Assembly: GCA_036500145.1 (NCBI GenBank)
Contig: DASYCO010000055.1
Location: 42,515 to 106,514 of the forward strand
DNA length: 64,000 bases
Direction of reading: 5' to 3'
DNA from: Alphaproteobacteria bacterium
GTDB lineage: Bacteria; Pseudomonadota; Alphaproteobacteria; SMXQ01
Shown: piece after piece, positions 58,531-64,000 of the stretch
Position numbering within the stretch: position 1 is the first letter of the stretch
Layout: each line of letters starts with the position of its first letter
The notes under the pieces: model-generated
The model's database searches: none
Told to the model about the DNA's origin: nothing
Seen by the model: the letters and a program-made list of their open reading frames with translations, nothing else
Program-made: the position numbers and the translations under genes

Positions 58531-60680
58531 CGCGGCGCCGCCTGCCGCATGGCCAAGCCGCGCTGAAGAAGGGACGCCTGCAGCTCCTCGGCCGCCTTTC
58601 GCGCCCGCGCATCGCGCAGCCAGGTTTCGAGCGAGGCATGCGCCGCCGGCGTCAGCGATTCGCGCTGCGCCAGCAAGCCGACCGGCGCGATGGCCTCGGC
58701 AAGGTCCCCGGCGAGCAACCGCCGGTCGGCGCGGCGCAGCAGAAGGTCCGCCGGATCGGAGGCGTTCAGCGTCGCCGCATCGTCGTCGACGCGGCGCACC
58801 ACGACGACCGACGACAGGCTGCGCCCCAGGCGCGCCAGGATGCCGTTGTCCTTGGGGCCCGCTTCCGCGCGCGCCATGTCGCCGCCGAGCGCCAGCAGGC
58901 GGTTGTGCAGGTCGTCCGTCGAGGCGAGGCCCGTCGCCGCGGCCGGCGCCACGAGATCGGCCTGCGCCATGAGGCCCGCTTCCTGCGCCAGCGGCTGCAG
59001 GCCCGCCATGGCGTCGGCGAAGGGCGTGCCGCGGTCGAGCGAGTCGCGCAGCACCAGCGCGCTGAAGGCCAGGGCCTGGCCGCGCGCCAGCCGGTCGCGC
59101 TCGGCGCCCTGTTCGGCGCTTTGCGTCTCGATCTTCTGGGTCAGGGCGCTCAGCGTCTCGTCGAGGCGCGTGAGGCGCATGGCGAAGGCGTCGGTCGCAT
59201 ATTGCAAAGTCTCCGGCGCCACGGCCGGACGGTCGGCGAGGCGCGACAGGCGCGTTTCGAGATCGTCGAGCCGCGCCAGCAGCTCCGGCGCGGGCTGCGT
59301 CGGCGCTTGCGCCACGGCATTGTCCGATAGCGCTTCGTACGGCACGCTTGGCGCCGTGCGCTCGTCGTCCGCCAAAGGCGACGTGGACGGCACGGAATCA
59401 GGCGACGTGACGGTTGGCGACGTCATGGTCAGGTCGTAGTCCTGGCGCATCGCCGCAACCGACTTGTCGCTTTCCTTGGCTATGTCGTCGAGGCCCGCGT
59501 TGCCGGGGCTTGGCGCAGGCGCGTCGGACGGCGGCGTCTGCGGCACCAGCATCGAACGCGGCGAGGTCAGCCATTCGAAGGCGAGGAACTGCCGCATCTC
59601 CGCCGGGTGGGCGAGATAGACGGCGAGGCCGCCGATCACCAGCAGGCCGACGACGGCGAGGGCGACGCGACTCTGCCAGGAGGGACGGTCTTCCGCGCCG
59701 GGCGCAGCGGACGCCGACGAGGTGAAGATCGGCGGCGGCATGGCCGGCGGCGATTCCGACATGACCGGATCGGCGGCGTCAGGCTTCAGCGAATCGGAGA
59801 CGAGCGAATCGAAGCTTGGCGACTCGGCCCGTGATTCGTTGAGGGATTCGTTGATCGAGGCCGGCTCCGGATCGACGTCCGACGGCGCGCCTTCGGTCGC
59901 CGCCCAGGGCGACGAGGCCAGGGTCGGGCGCGTCTCGCGTTCGACGAAGCGGTCGAGGGCGACGAGCAGCGCTTCCTGCGTCGGCTCGCTCGCCGTCAGG
60001 ATGTCGCGCCAGCTGGCGGCGCCCGGCAGGTCGTCGACCGCGTCGGCGACGGCAGGGCTCAGGCAGATCGCCGTGGTGCGGCCGAGCGCCGGCGCGAGGT
60101 CTGCCGCGCCCGCGAGCGACACGAAGGTCGTCGCCGTGCGCGGCGAAAAGAACAGCGCCGCCTTCACGTCGCCGCGGCGCAAGGCCCCCGCCGTTTCCGG
60201 CGACAGGAATTCGGCGGCCTTCGCCTCGTAGAGCACCGCGCGCGTCACCGTGAAGCCCTGGGTCGCGAGCAGGCCGGCGAGGTCGCCCGCCACATGCGAG
60301 CCCGCCACATGCAGCAGCGGGCCGGCGCTCGCCGAGCGGCGCGAGGCGACGAGGGCCGCGAGCGCGTTGACGTCGCCGCTGGCCGCTTCGACCTGCGCGA
60401 AGCCGGCTTCGCGCGCGGCGCGCGCGGTCGCGTCGCCCACGGCATAGACCGGCAGGCCTTGGAGAGCCGCAAGCTCGTCGCCGTTGCGCGTGACAAGCGC
60501 GCGCACGCCATTGGCGCTGGTGAAGAGGACGGCCTGCAGGCCTTCCGTCGCGACCGGCTCGCCGAACAGCGTCGCGACGTCGATCAGCGGCTCGGCGATC
60601 ACGTCATGGCCGCGCGCGACGAGCAGCTTGGTCAGTTCCTCGGCATCGGCGCGCGGGCGGGTGACGAGAATGCGCATCAC
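58527..60680 (-). CDS. hemD: uroporphyrinogen-III synthase (HemD) N-terminal domain fused in frame to a HemX/mitofilin-like membrane protein (717 aa)
   Basis: The first 240 aa or so resemble HemD (MRILVTRP...FTSANGVRAL...LHVAG). This is followed by an acidic S/P linker, a TM helix (VALAVVGLLVIGGLAVYL) and a long coiled-coil/Ala-rich periplasmic region resembling HemX-like proteins. There is no stop codon between the two parts. Confidence 0.65.
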   Translation of the reverse strand: MMRILVTRPRADAEELTKLLVARGHDVIAEPLIDVATLFGEPVATEGLQAVLFTSANGVRALVTRNGDELAALQGLPVYAVGDATARAAREAGFAQVEAASGDVNALAALVASRRSASAGPLLHVAGSHVAGDLAGLLATQGFTVTRAVLYEAKAAEFLSPETAGALRRGDVKAALFFSPRTATTFVSLAGAADLAPALGRTTAICLSPAVADAVDDLPGAASWRDILTASEPTQEALLVALDRFVERETRPTLASSPWAATEGAPSDVDPEPASINESLNESRAESPSFDSLVSDSLKPDAADPVMSESPPAMPPPIFTSSASAAPGAEDRPSWQSRVALAVVGLLVIGGLAVYLAHPAEMRQFLAFEWLTSPRSMLVPQTPPSDAPAPSPGNAGLDDIAKESDKSVAAMRQDYDLTMTSPTVTSPDSVPSTSPLADDERTAPSVPYEALSDNAVAQAPTQPAPELLARLDDLETRLSRLADRPAVAPETLQYATDAFAMRLTRLDETLSALTQKIETQSAEQGAERDRLARGQALAFSALVLRDSLDRGTPFADAMAGLQPLAQEAGLMAQADLVAPAAATGLASTDDLHNRLLALGGDMARAEAGPKDNGILARLGRSLSSVVVVRRVDDDAATLNASDPADLLLRRADRRLLAGDLAEAIAPVGLLAQRESLTPAAHASLETWLRDARARKAAEELQASLLQRGLAMRQAAPR

Positions 60681-61651
60681 TTCATCCCTGCAAAAAAATT
60701 CGGGCCGGCTTGGCGGCGCAGCTCGCCGCCGGCATCCAGGCCCATGGCGACGGCGTCCTGCACGAGGCCGCTGCGCGCCGTGCGATGGCCGGCCGCGCCG
60801 TCCGGCGAGAAGATCGCCACCTGCAGGGAGAGGCTGACGCCATCGGTCTCGGCGAAGGCGGCGATGGGCGTGCGGCAGGAACCGTCGAGCGCTTCAAGCG
60901 CCGCGCGTTCGGCGCTCACCGTCACCATGGTCGCGGCGTGGGCGAGCGGCGCCAGCAAGGCATGGATCGCCGCGTCGTCCGTGCGGCAGACGATGCCGAT
61001 GGCGCCCTGGGCGGGCGCCGGCAGCATGTCCTTCATGTCGAGCACGCGGGCCCCCGCGAGATCGCCCTCGCCCACCTTCATGCCGAGGCGGTGCAGGCCG
61101 GCGAGCGCCAGCAAGGTGGCGTCGGCTTCGCCGGCGGCGAGCTTCTTCAGGCGGGTCTGCACGTTGCCGCGGAAGATCGCCGTGCGCAGGTCGGGGCGGC
61201 AATGGAGGATCTGCGCGCCGCGCCGCAGGGAAGCGGTGCCGACGACGGCCTTGGCGGGCAGGTCGGCGAGCGCCGCGCCGTTGCGGCCGATCCAGACGTC
61301 GCGCGGGTCTTCCCGCTCGAGCATGACGGCGAGCGCCAGCCCGTCGGGCAGGTGCGTCGGCAGGTCCTTCATGGAATGGACGGCGAAGTCGGCGCGGCCG
61401 TCGAGCAGCGCCTCGTCGAGTTCCTTGGTGAAGAGGCCCTTGCCGCCGATTTCGGCAAGCGGCCGGTCGAGGAACTTGTCGCCCGTGGTGCGCATCGCCT
61501 CGACGGCGACGGACAGCCCCGCATCACGCGCGAGCAGCAGGTCGCGCACCAGGTTCGCCTGGACCAGGGCCAGCGGGCTGCCGCGCGTGGCCAGGACGAC
61601 GCGGCCGGCGGCGGTGAGCCGCGAATCGCGGGGGGAAACGGACGAAATCAT
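60677..61651 (-). CDS. hemC: hydroxymethylbilane synthase (porphobilinogen deaminase)
   Basis: [37 protein letters not shown]. Confidence 0.9.
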   Translation of the reverse strand: MISSVSPRDSRLTAAGRVVLATRGSPLALVQANLVRDLLLARDAGLSVAVEAMRTTGDKFLDRPLAEIGGKGLFTKELDEALLDGRADFAVHSMKDLPTHLPDGLALAVMLEREDPRDVWIGRNGAALADLPAKAVVGTASLRRGAQILHCRPDLRTAIFRGNVQTRLKKLAAGEADATLLALAGLHRLGMKVGEGDLAGARVLDMKDMLPAPAQGAIGIVCRTDDAAIHALLAPLAHAATMVTVSAERAALEALDGSCRTPIAAFAETDGVSLSLQVAIFSPDGAAGHRTARSGLVQDAVAMGLDAGGELRRQAGPNFFAGMK

Positions 61652-61797
61652 GCCTTGGGTTTAGTCGCTTCAGGCCTGGCAGGCAACCGCGCCGCAGGGG
61701 CGTTCCGCACAAAGGCCCTTTCGCCCGGAAACGGCCCAGCCCGCCGCTCGTCGGCCGCCGTGGCGAGGGCCGGCCCGACCGTGTATGGTGCCGCGCC

Positions 61798-62886
61798 ATG
61801 CTGATCCTGGGTATCGAAACGAGCTGCGACGAAACCGCCGCCGCGGTCGTCAACGACGGTCGCGCGATCCTGTCGAGCCGCGTGCTGTCGCAGACGCTGG
61901 AACATGCGCCTTACGGCGGCATCGTGCCGGAGATCGCCGCGCGCAGCCACCTCGACCATCTCGACCGCCTGGTCGGCGAGGCCCTGGCCGAAGCCGGCGT
62001 CTCGCTGGCCGAGCTGGACGGCATCGCCGCCACCGGCGGCCCCGGCCTGATCGGCGGCGTCATCGTCGGCATCACCACGGCCAAGGCGCTGGCGCTGGTC
62101 CAGCGCAAGCCGCTGATCGCCGTCAACCACCTGGAAGGCCACGCGCTGACCGCGCGGCTGAGCGACGGCCTGTCCTTCCCCTACCTGCTGCTGCTCGTCA
62201 CCGGCGGCCATTGCCAGCTGCTCGTGGTCGAGGGCGTCGGCCGCTACAAGCGGCTCGGCACCACCATCGACGACGCGATCGGCGAAGCCTTCGACAAGGC
62301 CGCCAAGATGCTCGGCCTCGGCTATCCCGGGGGCCCCGAGATCGAACGCGCCGCCGCCGAGAGCGACGCGGCCGCGCGCCGCCGCTTCCCCTTGCCGCGC
62401 CCGCTCGCCGGGCGGCCGGGCTGCGACTTCTCCTTCTCCGGCCTCAAGACGGCGCTGCGCCAGACCATCGAACGGCTCGGGCCCGACGACCTCGCCGACG
62501 GCCTGCCGACGCGGCCCGTGGTCGCCGCCATCGCCGGCGCGTTCCAGGATGCCGTCGCCGACGTGCTGGCCGACCGCGCCGCCAACGCGCTCGACATGTT
62601 CCTGCGTGCCCACCCAGATCCGGCGACGCGCCATCTCGTCGTAGCGGGCGGCGTCGCCGCCAATGGCGCGCTGCGCGCGCGCCTGACGACGCTGGCCGGC
62701 AAGCGCGGCGTGCGCCTCGTCGCGCCGCCGCTGGCGCTCTGCACCGACAATGCGGCGATGATCGCCTGGGCCGGCGTCGAGCGCCTGCGCCTGGGCCTCA
62801 GAGACCCGCTCGACTTCGCGCCACGCCCGCGCTGGCCGCTCGACCCCACGGCGCCGCGCGCGGCAGGCGCCGGCGTAAAGGCATGA
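61798..62886 (+). CDS. tsaD: tRNA N6-adenosine threonylcarbamoyltransferase TsaD
   Basis: [18 protein letters not shown], metal-binding [13 protein letters not shown], and VAGGVAAN. Confidence 0.9.
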   Translation: MLILGIETSCDETAAAVVNDGRAILSSRVLSQTLEHAPYGGIVPEIAARSHLDHLDRLVGEALAEAGVSLAELDGIAATGGPGLIGGVIVGITTAKALALVQRKPLIAVNHLEGHALTARLSDGLSFPYLLLLVTGGHCQLLVVEGVGRYKRLGTTIDDAIGEAFDKAAKMLGLGYPGGPEIERAAAESDAAARRRFPLPRPLAGRPGCDFSFSGLKTALRQTIERLGPDDLADGLPTRPVVAAIAGAFQDAVADVLADRAANALDMFLRAHPDPATRHLVVAGGVAANGALRARLTTLAGKRGVRLVAPPLALCTDNAAMIAWAGVERLRLGLRDPLDFAPRPRWPLDPTAPRAAGAGVKA

Positions 62887-62978
62887 CCATCCGCCGACGG
62901 GATGGCAGAATGACCTTCCCCTTCGTGACCTGATGCCCTTTGTGACCTCTTGTTCTTTCATTTCAGCGAAGCGTGCGC

Positions 62979-64000
62979 ATGACCGACCAGAGCAATGAGT
63001 CTCCCGCCAGTCCCTCCGCGATGACCCGCATCGGCGTGATCGGCGGCGGCGCCTGGGGCACCGCCCTGGCGGCGGCGGCCGTGCGCGCCGGACGCGCCGT
63101 GACCCTGTGGGCGCGCGAGCCCGAGGTCGTCGCCGACATCAACGCGCATCACGAGAACCGCGTCTTCCTGCCCGGCGTCGACTTGCCCGAGAGCCTCGTC
63201 GCGACCGGCGACCTCGCCGCCGCCTGCGCCGCCGACGCCGTGCTGCTGGTGGCCCCGGCGCAGTTCCTGCGCGCCACCGCGAGCAGGCTTTCCGCCCATT
63301 GGCCCGAGGGCCTGCCTGCCGTGATCTGCGCCAAGGGCATCGAGCAGGGCAGCGGCGCGCTGATGAGCGAGGTCGTGCGCGACGCCCTGCCGCAGGCGCG
63401 GCTCGCCGTGCTGTCCGGCCCGACGTTCGCCGGCGAGGCCGCGCGAGGCCTGCCGGTCGCCGTCACCCTCGCCTGCGCCGACGCGGCGCTCGGCGCGCGG
63501 CTCGTCGCCGCCATCGGCTCGCAGCGGATGCGCCCCTACCTCTCCGACGACCTCGTCGGCGCCCAGGTCGGCGGCGCGGTGAAGAACGTCATGGCGATCG
63601 CCAGCGGCATCGTCGGCGGACGCGGCTTCGGCGAGAACGCGCGCGCGGCGCTGATCACGCGCGGCCTGCACGAGATCGTGCGGCTCGGCGTGGCGCTCGG
63701 CGCGCGCATGGAGACGTTGATGGGCCTGTCGGGCGCGGGCGACCTCATGCTCACCTGCATGAGCCTCAAGTCGCGCAACTATTCGGTCGGCTTCGCGCTC
63801 GGCGAAGGCCGCAGCCTGGCGGAAGCGCTCGGCGGCAAGAGCTCCGTGGCGGAAGGCGTCTTCTCGGCGCCGGCGGTGGTCGCGCTGGCGCGCCGGCGTG
63901 GCGTCGACATGCCGATCTGCTTCGCGGTCGACGCGGTGCTCAACGGCGGCGCCGACATCGACACGGCGATCGACGGCCTGCTGTCGCGGCCTTTTACCAG
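62979..64000 (+). CDS. gpsA: NAD(P)H-dependent glycerol-3-phosphate dehydrogenase, partial (runs off the right edge)
   Basis: Hand translation gives ...MTRIGVIGGGAWGTALA...GAVKNVMAIASGI...CFAV.... Not in the ORF track because there is no stop within the window. Confidence 0.85.
   Translation, partial: MTDQSNESPASPSAMTRIGVIGGGAWGTALAAAAVRAGRAVTLWAREPEVVADINAHHENRVFLPGVDLPESLVATGDLAAACAADAVLLVAPAQFLRATASRLSAHWPEGLPAVICAKGIEQGSGALMSEVVRDALPQARLAVLSGPTFAGEAARGLPVAVTLACADAALGARLVAAIGSQRMRPYLSDDLVGAQVGGAVKNVMAIASGIVGGRGFGENARAALITRGLHEIVRLGVALGARMETLMGLSGAGDLMLTCMSLKSRNYSVGFALGEGRSLAEALGGKSSVAEGVFSAPAVVALARRRGVDMPICFAVDAVLNGGADIDTAIDGLLSRPFT

Noticed and set aside
57135-58639. Several 130 to 415-aa ORFs (57135..57644, 57163..57654, 57392..58639, 57823..58566) overlapping the hemY-like gene
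   Set aside because: The hemY-like frame has the TM/TPR/Cys-cluster organisation. The others are Arg-rich antisense or alternative frames.

Overview
The window has two compositionally distinct parts. Positions 1 to about 15,100 are a lower-GC, horizontally acquired block, apparently a composite genomic island. It ends at a tRNA-Ala(CGC) gene (15114..15189, minus strand), after which GC content rises sharply into high-GC alphaproteobacterial-style core genome. Within the island sits a five-gene operon on the minus strand (12002 down to 2749). It encodes a small ribbon-helix-helix (RHH) regulator, a 952-aa SNF2-family helicase, an AIPR-family abortive-infection protein, a Type III restriction-modification Mod methyltransferase and a Type III Res helicase-endonuclease. 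Every gene junction overlaps by 1 to 16 nt: the mod/res and AIPR/mod junctions are 4-nt ATGA overlaps and the RHH/SNF2 junction is GTGA. This looks like one translationally coupled defense module, and its architecture (Type III RM plus AIPR plus SNF2 plus RHH) is the most interesting candidate system here. Left of it, at the window edge, are a tyrosine-integrase pseudogene and a coupled gene pair, a 372-aa hypothetical protein followed by a DUF4062-domain protein. Between the integrase remnant and res lies a 46-nt 3' fragment of tRNA-Thr that matches the intact tRNA-Thr(CGT) found 53 kb downstream in the same window, i.e. an att-site scar. At the right end of the island, next to tRNA-Ala, is a DUF3489 / DUF2924 / large serine recombinase trio. 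The core segment encodes yggT, DUF167, folD, argG, an ompA-like porin, rlmN, ialB, a DMT transporter, phhB, a UDG-like protein, a low-molecular-weight tyrosine phosphatase, thpR, a tesA-like esterase with ybbA/ybbP-like ABC genes, a Bax-inhibitor family protein, a czrA-like ArsR / CDF / SCO metal operon with a perfect 30-bp palindromic operator, a LOG-family protein, a degenerate-EAL protein, orphan eutA, the full kdpFABC-DE locus, a Sel1 protein, an arylsulfatase, tRNA-Thr, an Fe2OG oxygenase, a hemC-hemD(fused to a hemX-like domain)-hemY cluster, tsaD and partial gpsA. The core also holds two copies of a twin-hairpin REP-like repeat element and a 48-bp direct duplication of a gene 3' end. 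No CRISPR arrays or rRNA genes were seen. Many long ORFs in the high-GC part are antisense artefacts and were rejected. Where an ORF-track protein carries a spurious N-terminal extension I give the corrected start instead; these are rlmN, argG, the DMT transporter, czrA, and the CAP-domain, 20639 periplasmic, tesA-like, DUF1025, LMW-PTP and TrmH genes.
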